Below, one piece after another: positions 38,548-51,719 of a DNA stretch of 64,000 bases. The stretch is from the NCBI RefSeq assembly GCF_964194025.1, contig NC_134469.1:52886001-52950000 (forward strand), in the 5' to 3' direction. Every line of letters starts with the position of its first letter. The stretch's first letter is position 1. This DNA comes from Convolutriloba macropyga (Eukaryota). The notes under the pieces were generated by a model that saw only the letters and a program-made list of their open reading frames with translations, ran no database searches and was not told the origin of the DNA. A program made the translations under genes and the position numbers.

Positions 38548-41145
38548 AACAAGGAGGCTCATTAATTAGCGTTCGCATAATGTTCCGACCCCACTCATCT
38601 ACATTTTTCGCTTAATTGTCTACCACAGGACAATTAAATTTTTAAAATTAATATACCGTTAAACAAACCATTAAACGAATAAAACAATCTACTTTATAGG
38701 GCCAAGGAGACCTGTCATTGACTGCCGTTGCTAAAAAACGTTTAAAAAAGTTCATCAAAGAAACGTTGCTTTTTTGAAAAAAAAATCAGAAAAATTAAAC
38801 TCATTATGTGTCGACAGAAATCATTGAATAATTCATTTATACCTCGATAGAAAGTAATTGCGACCTCTCATTATCCAGTATATATCATACGACCACAAAA
38901 ACAACGACAAAAACAGGTGAAAAAAAACTAAAGTTTGCACGAAAACTATGACCCAGCCACTAACACTTTAAGCTGCTCACTAAGAACACTAATATTTTTT
39001 CTCAAATGGCAACGGGACTACAATTTATTGTGATACTGCAAAGAAAACAAAAACCTAAAAAATGGGCTAATGTCCAAAAATCACGAACATCTTATGAAAA
39101 CTCTAATTCCAAGAACAGAAACCTTCCTTGCAAAACAAAATCGTTAAAAAGGATAAGCTGTAGTTCACTAGATGAGGGAAGTGACTTGTTTATACAGATA
39201 CTAAGCCACAATTCAACAGGATAAGATTTATAAAATGGGCAAAGCTCAAACATCCATCAACTTTTTTGAAAACAATTACTTTCGAAAGTCATAAAAAAAT
39301 AAGCTTTCAACTAAAAGAACAGACAATTTATCTTGCAACTTCTCAGAAATTAAATTGCGCCTATTATTAATGAGCCTAAGGAATGAGACTACAAAAACAA
39401 ATACAAGCAGAACTTAAATATTTTACGAACCAACAGCGTTGAAGCCATTAAAACTATAAGACATAAGCCGCGACAAATTTATATCTTCACTTGTGTCTTT
39501 CTTGAACATCAAAAAGTCGTCATTGTAAATGGACTAGATCAAAAAGACAAAAAAACCCACAAATATTGAAAAAAATCTTAAACTCACATAAATTCGAATA
39601 CAAATTGTCGAAGCACTTAAGTCAAAACGTTTAACCATCAGAAAAAATGTTGTTTGATGCAACAGAAACTGAAAGCTGTCAAAAATTAGCCTAACTTATA
39701 AAAATGCGACGAAAACGATACCAAAAAAATTAAATAATTTAAAGTAATTTGAAAGTCAATAGAATCATTAGCTATCAACTTATGTCATTCATCAGGTTCA
39801 ATTATACATCTATAGTTGGCTATTGAGACAGTTGTTTACCGTATACATTGCTAAAGACAACAAAATTAACAAATACGGGCGAAAAAACTCTGAAAATCCG
39901 CAAGACAACGGTGTTGCAGCCCTTAAACCATAAATTATACACTAAAAATATGAAATGAGTTCAATTCTGTATTCATAAACCTGAATTCTTTTTGCTTTTA
40001 TTTGCTTAGTACTTTAAGAATTAAAAAAAGCAAAAATGGTCAGTTATAAACAAAAATCAAAATATTTTGTATGAAAACTCGTAGTACCAAAGCCATGAAG
40101 TCGTTATATAAAAAAGGCTGACCGGTTATTACCAAAATTAAGCTACAAGTTGACGGAAATAAGATAAATTAACAAAACAAAAAATCACTGTAATTTTCTT
40201 AAAACAAATATTGTATCGGTTTACTTACACCACGTAAGGAAACCAATTGGATTTTTGGTTAGTGAGACAGAGGAACCAGACTGCGAAAAGAATAAATGAA
40301 GGCAAAACCCAAGAATTCAGTTTAAGTTTACTAAAGCTCTTCGTCAGCGCCAGTAGCCTTTCTCTGGGATCAAACTATATTCAATCGGTCTCCTTTTTAC
40401 GTAAAAAGGAGCGGTCTTTAATTGGGTCGTTATTTGGAAAATTTCTCGGTAATCAACATTAAAAGAAGCAACAGCAAACTTTAAGTCAGCGAGCGCCCTA
40501 ATGAAATTTGAAATTCTTATTGCAAGAATTCATGATGCCATCAAACCTATCCCTGAGTTTGCCGCGCGTGTAGGAGACCACCTTATTGCTCCAAATGTCT
40601 GCGAATTAGATCAATAAATAGTAAAGTGAGTTAATTCAAGAACAAAAAAAGGTGCATTTTGTATATTTATCGAGACAAATTTGCAAAAAACCGGCAAAAT
40701 TTTAACCCAAGATGACTCTTATAGGAAGCCGACGTTCAAATAGCTCTCTTGTGGAATTGACGGAGCTGGTGTCAGAGGTTTTTGGATCTCAATTTCCACC
40801 AAATCTAATTAAATTGTACCAAAAAGCCTATTTTGTGCTATTTTTGATGAAAAAATTTAGACAAAGAAACGGATATCAAACAATTCAGCAACCCTCCCAT
40901 ATCCTTAACAGTTAAAATAACATATTTTTAAGTAAATTAGCAAAATTGACGAATATTCACAAAACTTCAAACCTCGATAACTCTGTAAAAACGAAATTAA
41001 AAAAACTTTTTAATTCCATATTCTACAATGTACGGGCTGTCTAATGATACGACTCACAACTCTCTGCGATGAATATATTGACTGAACGAAAAACTCATTT
41101 GAGTATATAGTTCCTCCCTGCCCACTAAACAGGCGGTCGGAACAA
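38548..41145 (-). mobile_element. HINE/DINE-1-like element, copy C (in calcineurin B intron 3)
   Basis: Perfect asymmetric subTIR TGTTCCGACC (38581-38590) / GGTCGGAACA (41135-41144); AACAAGGAGGCTC terminus; head shared with copies A, B and D. Confidence 0.75.
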
Positions 41146-41344
41146 TAAGTGTCCAAAACCGTAGATAATAACAAATCTCAGGTAGTAGTGATAATATCCC
41201 CTCATTGGTTTTCACGTTGCTGCGAAATTGTCTTGCGCGGATACTTGTGACGGATTAATCCAATTTCCAGGCAGCTATAACAAACGAAAATATTTACTCC
41301 TACAAGCCTATTTTAAAAATGAGGACAAAAATCTGTTTCAAGTG

Positions 41345-41347
<3 letters not shown>

Positions 41348-41399
<52 letters not shown>
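41348..41399. repeat. (AT)26 microsatellite
   Basis: Perfect alternating AT run. Confidence 0.98.
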
Positions 41400-41401
<2 letters not shown>

Positions 41402-42291
41402 GTTGAAATAGGATAGTTGACACGAAATGTGTTGATAGAGAACTGCGTCAACACACCAAGATCTGAGCTACTAATTAACTAGGCACTTGTTGCAAGATCT
41501 TTTAAGCAACAATTCTTCGCTCATTACTTCAGTAGAGGCAATTGACTATTAAAGACGAAGCAAATATTTGAGCAACTTTTTACAGAACAAGATGCCCTGA
41601 CCACCTCTTAGCTCCTGTTAAGTCGGAAACAGCTGGGAAGCACAGACGCGTGGGTCTCGTTCTTGTTGACAGTTTTTATTACTCCTCAGAATTGGCTATA
41701 GATTGTAAAATTTAGCAGACTAGTTGGTGGTTCCGTTACACAGATGTACAGTTTTTTCATGTCCAGAAACCTTTGTTTCCTGAAGAAACATATTTCGTTT
41801 TGACTCATTCATGTCATTTTATCTGAGCGCACAAAAATTATATAAGATGAACAGATGTATATATTACCCCAATTTACTTTTTTCTTTTTCATTTTTCATT
41901 TGTTTCCTTGGCAAACCTACGAAAACGATTCTTGTATTTTTTATGAAATAATTGCTTGTTAGTCTGCAGATTATGGGAAAAGCTTTATTAAAAAACTCCT
42001 TGTTGTAAGTACACTCTGAAATCTAACAATGTTTAATGTCCTGTTTTCTTTGCTCATATTTTGAAATTAACCGTGCAATTTAAAAATACAATTTTAATAC
42101 CAATTTCATTTGAACTAAAGCAATTATAGGTACCTAAAGCAATTTCAAATTAATTAACAACCACGGAAGATTAACGGCTTTGTAGGGTTTTTTTGCTAAT
42201 TCATTGTTACTCCGAGCTACTGAGCTGGGCACCAATCGAGACAAACAATTGATTTTGTAGATGGCATAAAATTTGGAATCAGATGCATTAC

Positions 42292-42377
42292 CTGGTAAAG
42301 ATCGTTGTTTGATATATAGCCGTCCTTGTCCAGGTCGTAGATTTGAAACGAGAAACGAAGTTTGGCCATCTTGTCGC
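42292..42377 (-). CDS. PPP3R1: Calcineurin subunit B-like, exon 3 (EF3)
   Basis: Not in the ORF track. CTCAG|GC GAC AAG ATG GCC AAA CTT CGT TTC... encodes (G)[28 protein letters not shown], followed by |GTAATG. Both flanking splice sites are canonical. Confidence 0.93.
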
Positions 42378-42536
42378 CTGAGTAACATTAAGACAACTCG
42401 GTTCAAAACAATCTCAGCTCAATCCCGATCTTTCTCATTCAGAAAAGCGAATTAAAACAGTTATTGAACGTGGGGATGATTCGGGGAAAAATAACGGAAA
42501 AGCATAATAGCCATTGTATGCTTGTGTAAATTTTAC

Positions 42537-42624
42537 CTTTAACGCTAAACTGAGAGAGGCCTTGTATGAACTCCTCGAAATCTACCTCTCCATCACCATC
42601 AGTGTCCAGAATGTCTATGATTCT
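42537..42624 (-). CDS. PPP3R1: Calcineurin subunit B-like, exon 2 (EF2)
   Basis: [29 protein letters not shown](G), donor AAAG|GTAAAA. The 5' boundary assumes an AT-AC intron 1. Confidence 0.92.
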
Positions 42625-43169
42625 GTACAACCACACATTTTATCAACACTAAATATACTTCGCGAAAAAAAACTCAAACGTGTCAAATGGAATTCAATGT
42701 GATGTTGCCATTTTGTAAACTTTTAAAACACTGTTAAATTTTTTCTGGGCTGAGTTTTATCTTTGCAAGTATATTCAGCCATACGGCTATAATATTAAAT
42801 TACTTGTTTCAAAAGAAATCCGAAATTTTTGCTCTCAACAGATGCAATTGTAGATGCTCGTGGGTTGCGAGAGAACAACCTAATGTAAATTGTGCATAAG
42901 ATAAGCTTGACAAGAAGCTCTACTTGTTCAATGTATACTTCGCTAGAGAAAAGAAGCTTTGAGGAGCAAGAAAGAACATGAGAACGGGTTATAAGAGATG
43001 ACCCAAATCCAGAGCTTAAGACCAGATGGTTAGCACACTATGCTTGCAAGTAGATGCTAGTTCACATCCAGTAATGGTCCATTTTCACAGTAGTTGCACC
43101 TGCTTAGACGCCTAACAGTAGACAAAAGCGAACACACTGCTTCCAGTGAAACAAAAATTTTCATTGGGT

Positions 43170-46100
43170 GTAGTAGTAGTAGTAGTAGTAGTAGTAGTTC
43201 AGGCTTAAGGGTCTTCCCAGGGGTGCTCCAAGGCACCCTTGTTTTCGTGTCCTATTTCTAATCGATTTTCGATCGTGGGTTGCACTTCCCACATTTACAT
43301 AAGATTCTCCACGTACATTTGTTGTTAAAGTCGTAATTTGTTTTAAAGAAATTCCAGTAGATGTCACTCAGTTTTTTGCTCGATAGTTGCGTTGAATCAG
43401 AAAGAACTTTGGAAAAGATGTTGTAAAGTAGTTTGGCTTTTTGAAGGAAGTTTTCATCAGTCTTCCTTAGACAATTTTTTGCCATTTTTAATTCCCCTCT
43501 TGCGCTTTGTTTAGGGGAATTAAAGTCTTCATATTCGAAGTTTACTTTGATGTCGAATTTATTGTCAAGTAACGATAGTAAAAGTAGTAAATCGTGCAAT
43601 TCGACATACATGCTTAGGGGCAACAGTTTAAGCGCTATTAGCGTTTCTTTGTAGGTGCAGTTCCTTCTACTTAGTATCCATGAAGTGGCTCTTTTTTGTA
43701 GCTTTTCAATTTTCTTCATCTGCTGTCTGTTTGGGAGCCAAGCTTGAGAACAGTATGATAGTATTGGCACGACATAGCCAGTGTAGGCATTCAATTTATT
43801 TTTTAATGAGGCGATGTCGGTCATGTTTTATTTGGTAGAATGCTTTTGTTGCTTTCGAAAGCCAGTGATTACAGTTGCTATTCCAATTAAGATTTTTAGA
43901 GACAATAAAGCAAAGGTCCCGTTGACTATCAACCTCTCCTAGCGCCTGTTTTTTAGTGACGCTGTTGGTCGCTTTTAAGAGAGAGAAGTTTACATTTTGA
44001 TGCAATTAAGTCATGTGATTTCGATCGCACCAGTTTTCGATTCCTTCCACGCTCTTTTTTTAATTATTCCTGATTTACGCTAATCAGTTTGAAGTCTGCG
44101 AAACCGAAATTTTCAGTGAGAGGAGTTTCTGATGGAAGGTCATTTATGAAGATGAGGAAGAGCAGAGGACCTAAGATTGACCCTTGTGGAACACCGCTAG
44201 TGATTTCTAATTTTTCGGAAAAAGAATTATTAATCTTTACGTATTGTTACCTTCTATTAAGGTAGCTTTCCATCAGCTTTAAAAGATTTCCTCCAATTTC
44301 GAATAAAAGCAGTTTTTCAATTAGCTTGTTGTGGGAGACTTTGTCGAAGGCATTTGCAAAGTCTAAGTAGAGGACTGACAACTCTTTCGTTTTCACATCG
44401 TTAAATTTGGCGTACAAAGAGTTTAGAAAAAGTAGTAGTTGAGTTGTAGCAGACCTCCTCTGTCTAAATCCAAATTGGTTTTCAAAGAGATTGTCTTTGC
44501 AATGTGAGTATATTCGGTTGCAAATTATTCTGTCCAACAGCTTTGAGACGCAGCATAAAAGACTTATGGGCCTATAGCAGTTGACATTGGCTTCACTTCC
44601 CTCTTTATATACTGGCGTGATTTGACTTAGTTTCCAGAGTTCCGGGAAAATTCCTTTATTCAGGATTGTTTGGAGCAGTAATAGGAGAGATTTACTCAGA
44701 GTCTTAGCGCAATTTCTGAGGATAATATTTCCTAGGTTATCGGGGCCTGCTGATTTGTTCAGATCTAAATTTTGTGAGAGCTCTTCAATTTCCAGGCGCA
44801 AAATTTTTATAAAGAAAAGTTTGCTTTTTGTGTAACTCAGTAGACGAGGTTCTTTACTTTTATATACATTTTTGAACAAATTGAAAAGGGTGGCTTTTTC
44901 GCTGTCGCTACTGGCTTTTTCATTACCGAATTTGATTGTTGCTGGCAAAACTGAGGGATTTCGGATACATTTCAGGTAATTTTGTATACTGCTAAAACGC
45001 CTGCTTGTGAAAATTTTGTCTTCGAATATGTTTATATCGATGTCCAGTTGTTTCAAAATCTGCTTCTCCAGCTTCTTTAGTTTGAGGAGTCTACTGAGAT
45101 TCAAATTCAAAGATTTTTTTGGTGTTCAACTGCTTCATCATGTGAGAAGTTTCTTTACTGGCCCAAGGAGGCAATGCTGCTCGATATTTCGTTACTTTAG
45201 GAATGTGATTGTTGATATGGTGTCTAATTCATGTGTACCATTGGTTTAATAATGAGTCAACATTACTAAAACAGAAGAGTTTGAAGGCGTTTTCCTCAAT
45301 GGCTTGATTCAGTTTTTCCAGTCTGCTTTTTTGAAAGCAAATTTACGGCACGTGTTTGGAGTTTTTGACAACTGTGCCGAGAAACACAAAAGTCAGAATT
45401 GGTAGGTGATCTGAACACTGCTTCTTGTTCACCTCCTGTGAGGGTTTTGGTGTTGATAGCATTCTATCACTGGATGTGGATTATTTGTGAGGACACCATC
45501 TAGCGTTTGATTTGATATGTTCGAGAAGTTTGATTCTATCAGTTTATCCAGGACCTCTGATTCATAGTTATCATTAGAGTCCATTGCTTCCCAATTTTTC
45601 CCTGAGAGGTTTATTTCGCCTACAATCAGAGTGCATTGAATCATTTCCTGACTTGTTAAGTTGCATAATTCAGTCAGTAGCTTTAAAGTTTTCAGTAGTC
45701 CATTGATAGCGACTTCCGTGCGGGGGATCATACATGCAGGCCAATAGAATTGAGGTTTCGCTGATTGTTATTTTTAGTGCTAAAGTCATGAGTTAGTTTT
45801 AGGTTAACTGTTTCAAACGGAATGCCTTTTTGAGAGCTACTAAAACACTGCCATGGTTTGATTTGCGTTCAGTTGACTCTCTGTCCTTTCTGTTGATTAC
45901 ATAGTTCGGTATAAAAGCGCACTATTTGAAGTTTCAGCCGCCAGCCAGGTTTCCGTGAGACAGATGATATCAAAGTCAAAAGTTGTCAGGCAGTTCGTTA
46001 ATTTCATTCGACGCTCGGGTTTCAGAATACTACGGACGTTTTAAGATAAGATTGTTATTTTTCGTAGTCAGCTTTCGTCGGCTGACGATGCGCCAGCAAA

Positions 46101-47244
46101 ATCGTTTTCAATCAGATTGTCTTTATATTCTACCCATCTGTCACCTGGTTTGGTCTCAACGATCAAGTTTCGGACTGTAGCATCTGTGTTTGAGAACATG
46201 TGGTTGGCAATATACAGTAGTCTTTTTCTCAGACACTCATTTTCAATTTTTAATTGCTCTGGGGTAAGCTCAGGGCTTATGAAGACTCGCCGACTGAAGT
46301 TTTTAAGCCTGAAGGCTGATTTCAGCACTAGCTCTTTGCTAATAGGGCTTTCTAGATTTATGAGGATGGTTCTCGGACCATTTTCTGGGTTATATTTTCC
46401 TATACGCGTGACCTTACAGAGTCGCTTGTCTTCTACTTTCTTTAGGTAACACAAGATCTCTTCAATAGCATTCATATATTCATATCGGCATGAAGTCTTT
46501 CGTCTAGTGACTTTGATTCATTTTCTGGGATTCCTCTTACTCGAATACCCATTCCATTGTCGTTTGCGCTTGGGAGCAGAAGCGCTCGTTCGCGCGTAGA
46601 ACACTTTTCCCTTCGCAATTGTCCCCAAAGAAGCGGCATAAGATTGCGGCCTTATTTTTAACTGTGATAGTTCTGCTTTGATTGAGTTAATGAATTCGTT
46701 TGATTTTTCGATTTGCTTATTCAGTGATTCCACTTTCAAATTGAGATCATCTAGTTTTCCATCCATTTTTGTTGAGAGAGCCTGACTTTGGTCTCCTGAC
46801 CCCTTTTTTCTGTACAACTGTTGCAGACGTGAAGTATATTTGCATTAAATTTGATCAAGACTTTAATTTCTTCTACTGTAAAGCCTGTTTGAGTAATTCT
46901 CAAAAGATGCGCTTCCATGTAAAAAGGAATCCATAAACAGAGGCTGAACAAACAGGGCAACGCAAAAACTCGCATGATTCCGTGCGTGCAACAGATTGTT
47001 ACCACATTTAAAAAGAAACAAAAACAAAATAGGGGGTGCTAGTTGTTCAACCTGCCCTGCATACAGTGCAGCACCGTTGCTATAGCCACAATTCTTTTTT
47101 GCGGAGACAGTTATACTGCACGTTGAAAATGCAGCTTAGACCACCTCACTCCACTCCACACATCGCACACACTCCGTGCACCCCAAGCCCCACACGCTTG
47201 ACACTCACCCCGCTGCAAACCCAACCTCTAAACCACCCCTGAAC
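43170..47244 (-). mobile_element. Near full-length, frameshifted CR1/L2-clade LINE (ORF1 + EN/RT ORF2), within calcineurin B intron 1
   Basis: 3' (TAC)n tail at 43170-43198 preceded by the hairpin GGGTGC-CTTGGA-GCACCC. RT motifs YRPISLL, QFGFRQRRS, LYLDFANAFDKVSH and [22 protein letters not shown]; endonuclease DIICLTETWL (~45945-45975). ORF1 has PHD-like and coiled-coil parts and RIGK...GPR...FISPELT. Several frameshifts. Confidence 0.93.
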
Positions 47245-47423
47245 TTTACCTTTTAAGGTAGTCTCTAAGCCCCAGCATGATATTGACTTAAACCAACTGC
47301 TCACCAGTCGCTTCTAACATTTCTGGAAACTATTGGCATAACAACAGTTATCACAAATACGTACTGAAAGGGTTCAACAGACCACGGGGAAATCATAAGA
47401 AATCATTCATGGTGTTAAAATTG

Positions 47424-50000
47424 GACAAGAGGCGCGGTATAAGGTTCCGATCGCACATAATGTTCCGATCCCGCTCATCTAAATTTTTGTTCATTGTCCA
47501 ACAAATGAAGAGATTAGAGATATAAATAGATGTTAGTGTAAAAAAATTACAACCCAAACTACTAAATGAATTATGAATTATATAATGTCATACTGCATTC
47601 GAGAACTCATGCGAAAATAAAAATGCAAGAACTCAAACATTATAAACTCTAACTACTAAATGATTTATATAATGCCATACAACACATTGAGCTCTCATGA
47701 TACCTGTCATTATTAAAACTATGAGACAATGCAAACACAAAACAAACAAAAACCAACAAATACGGCAAAAACACAAAATCTATTTTTAAAAGCACTAACA
47801 AGACTCCTGTTCATAAAGGTACTAGATAGCCAGTCGACAAAAAGAAAAAAATAGGCAAAGTTCAAAGTACATCGAAATTTTTTAACCCAAATAATTTCAG
47901 AAGTCATAAAAACCGTTAGCTTTTAACTTAAATTTTCCATATCGACTTACTTATAGAACCTCGAGGGATCTGTCTTGGGTGAGACTAAGGCCGAGGACAG
48001 GAATACATAATAGCTGCAGATTCCGAATACCACAAAATTTACAAACAATTTACAAAAATACAATTGAAGCCATTAACGTCATATATCTTAAAAGTATATA
48101 ATATTCTTCAATTTCTACTATTTCAGTTAATATATAAACAGAAAATTGTATATGTTCACTCGAATCTCATTTGAAAATCAATGGGACTTGTTAACACGAA
48201 CATTTTAAAGGAAAACTAAAAACCTTACCAATCACAAAAATTTTAAGACAAAGCATAGTGTCCAAGATGAAACTAAAGGTTTAAGTTTAAATCACAAGAC
48301 AATGTACGGGACCTCTCATTGATAAGAATACGTTTCAATAGACAAAAAGAGGAACAAATCAGGAAATAAGGAAAAAATTCTGAAAACTTTAGAAACAAAC
48401 ACGATCAAAATCATCAAAACCATTAGCTGTCGACTGACCGATAGATTAGGTTCCTAATCCCCTTCCACTAAAAGGTAGCTATTGAGAACTGTAAAAAATA
48501 AGAAAAACCCTGCGACAAAACAAAAAAGCTTAAGACTACGAAAACAACAATTACAAACCTTAAGACTACAAAAACAACAATTACAGGCAAAAAACCAGAT
48601 ATCAAAAATGCGAGAAGTGTCGGAAGCAAAAAATAAAGGATTCCGTAAAAAAAAATTCATTTTCCTATCAACACCAATGGGATCTCTCGGCATTCTGAAA
48701 AGATGACTTCAAAAACAACGGCAATTATGACATGATATCAAAAAATCTCTTAAATTTTGGATATAGGTCGTAGTATCAGAGCCATTAAAAATAAGTATGA
48801 ACGCAAAACATCTAACAAGTTAATTCACACCTAAATTGGGACCCAGTGAGACCCTTTATTCATAACAACAAGTCTTCTGATTACAAAATACAACAAATAC
48901 AGGCAAAAACCAAAAATGCAATAGAAAAAAAAGCCAGAAAAAGTTGAAGCCATTAAAACATGAGTCGTTTGCTGCTAACTTTCTATGTGTTCATTAAAGA
49001 CTATGCTGAACGCCAATGGGAATGTTCAATATTGTTGTGATAAGACTTCTAATTAAAAACACAATTATACACAGAAATCCAAAAATCTTTATAAAAACAT
49101 AGCATCAAAGTCATAAAACAAAAATTTAAAAGACAAAACAACTAACCAAATAAATTTTTATTCAATATTAAACCTAGTGGACCTATAAATTTTGGGAAAG
49201 ACCTACAGGTTCACAGAAATGTCTTTAAGAACATTACGTGTTCAATTTTTGCTTCAAAAAATTATTTCAAAGTCTCAACAACCATTAGGTATACATGGAA
49301 AGCATTAGGTAGGTTAACTTGACCTTAGTTAGGAATCCAATTGCGATTTATGTTTATTGAATTTTTCCTGTAGACATTTAACAAGAAAAATGCAACAAAC
49401 GGTGGGAAAACACAAAAATTCACTAAAAATTACGAAAAAATTGTCGAAGCCATAAAAACCCATTAGCGATGGTTCCATGAAAAGAAAATAAATGTTCTTT
49501 AGGGACCAGTTGCTCGTAAATGAGATTTTTCATCACTGAAACTTCAATTTGAAAACGTACTTGCCTATAATGACATCAGAAAAATAAAAACTCGAAAGAA
49601 ATTCAAAAAAGGCACTCTCCGATATGAAATTAACAAAAAGTTTGTAAACTTCCCGGTGAGACCAAAACTAGTCTTTTTATTACTGCTCGTCTTCTGGAAC
49701 ACAAAATTGTTTCTTATTTTACTGTAAAAAACAATTTTTTACTAAAATTTTGATACAAAAAACTTAGATTTATCAAAAATGAGGTTACATGTGAACAGAA
49801 TCACACCCAAACATCAAATGTTCACAATTTTAAACCTCGATAACACCTCGAAAAAAAAATTCAAAACTTTTTAATTCAAACCGACGTTGGAGGAGCTTTC
49901 TAACGATACCACTCATGATTAATTACGATGAATATATCGATCGCCCAAAATTGGCTGAACAAAAAAAAACCTAACCTGTTAGAGAATATAGTTCCTCCCA
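47424..50000 (-). mobile_element. HINE/DINE-1-like element, copy D
   Basis: ACAAGAGGCGCG...GCACATAATGTTCCGATCCCGC end at 47425-47474; shared head GATACCACTCA...GAGAATATAGTTCCTCCC at 49905-49999, with the extreme 5' end lost. Confidence 0.65.
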
Positions 50001-51719
50001 ATAGTACATAGTGACTAATAGTACAAGAATTGAGAGCAAAACAGAACAAATCCTTAAAACCTTCAGATTATTAGTTACATATAAAAACACTCAATATGAA
50101 ATTACTCTTTGAGTATTTAAATAAGATATATCAAAAACAAAGAAAAATCTTCCATGGTGTTTTTTAAAATTTTCTTTTTAAAATTTTCATTAAAAACATT
50201 GGTGTCAAAATGACCAAATATCCTAGACTGATGCTCAGCAAAATTAAAGACTTTTCAACATTGTTGTTAGGATTCCTTTTTATTTTAAATATCAATGTTA
50301 CGAAGTAAAATTAAGGACATCAGGTCAGGCAACATAGAAAAATTTTTAAACACCGTGAAGAAAAAAAAATTGCATCGAAGTAATTAATTGCATTCACTAT
50401 AGAAATGAAAGATTAAATTGTTTAAATTGAGACTGATTGCAAAACACATAAGCCCTCTTTCTGATCTCAGTCAGTCAGTGTACTTGAAAGAACTCTAAAT
50501 ATAATAACAAAATATAGGGCAAAAAATATATAGGCAAAAGTAACAAATTCAAATTTTTCCGAATCATGCGCCCCCAAAATCGTTTAACAAATTAGCTACC
50601 CCTTGAATCATTCACAAGATTACGATAAAGCATCCTTAGAAACCTTGCAATCCTTTTTGTAGAATTCGTCAGAAAATCAGATAGCAAAAAGAGAAAATTG
50701 TGAACAAATGTGACAATAAGCGCGTGAACAAAAAAAAAGAATCAGTTGCTGTCACTCAGATGAAAAATAGTTTGAGAGAATTTTAAGCAGCTCCTTTTTG
50801 TCAAGACTATCGTTTTCCGTTCACTTTTCTGCTTCAAGGAAAATAAAATCGCCCAAAATTTGCGGCCAAATTAAAGAAAAATTCTCTTTGGAAAAATTTA
50901 ATCAATTTAATCTGAACTTCTTTTAGACGGTCAAAAGGAGCACAGGAAGAACCATCTCAACAGACGAAACGGCTATTAACGACGACTAATGCTGATAGTA
51001 TTTCAAAATATAACAGTAACTTAATGATTGAAAAATTTACACAAATCAAAAACTTGATTATTTTTAATCCAAAATTTGCAAATTTTTATTCCCCAACGAA
51101 AAATCATAGAAGACAATCGCAAGGCAAAAATTGATGTTTCGACATATTCAAATTGTTATATTTAATTTTCTTATCCACTTCAAGTTCGATAATTAACCAC
51201 AAAAACCTACGACAGCGGTACGCAGGAAACCAATTACCATAAAATTGCTCCAAGATACGACCAAAAATGTAAAAATGATTCAAATTTAGCTGCCAAAGTT
51301 AAAGTGAATTCTGACACCCTTTTTGTTATTTTCATGACTGCTGCATTTTGTCTGTTTCCTCATTGATAGTGCTCTTTAAGGTGTCTGCTAGTTAGCAGGT
51401 TTGTCATTTTGGCTAGTAATTACATTTCAAGTGTTTATACATTTCAACAATATAGATATATTTGCAATTTCTAACCTTCAGATAATTTTGTTAAGCTTTA
51501 TCTTGTCCAATTTGTCTGTTTGGCTCTAGGAATTTAGATACGGTTTCTGCTATTCCATCTGCTTTACCGTACAGGAACTTCTGCTTTATATATTTTTGAT
51601 GTAATAGATGTTGGGAACCATGTTTCTTTAAGTTACATTCCTCCTGTTATCTTGTAGTAGCTTCCAAGTTTGTCCACATTTGACAAAACTTTGAAAACTT
51701 ACTAAGATTTATTGAATTT

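Noticed and set aside
41228-41416. ORF with an IYIYIY run
   Set aside because: Translation of the (AT)n microsatellite.
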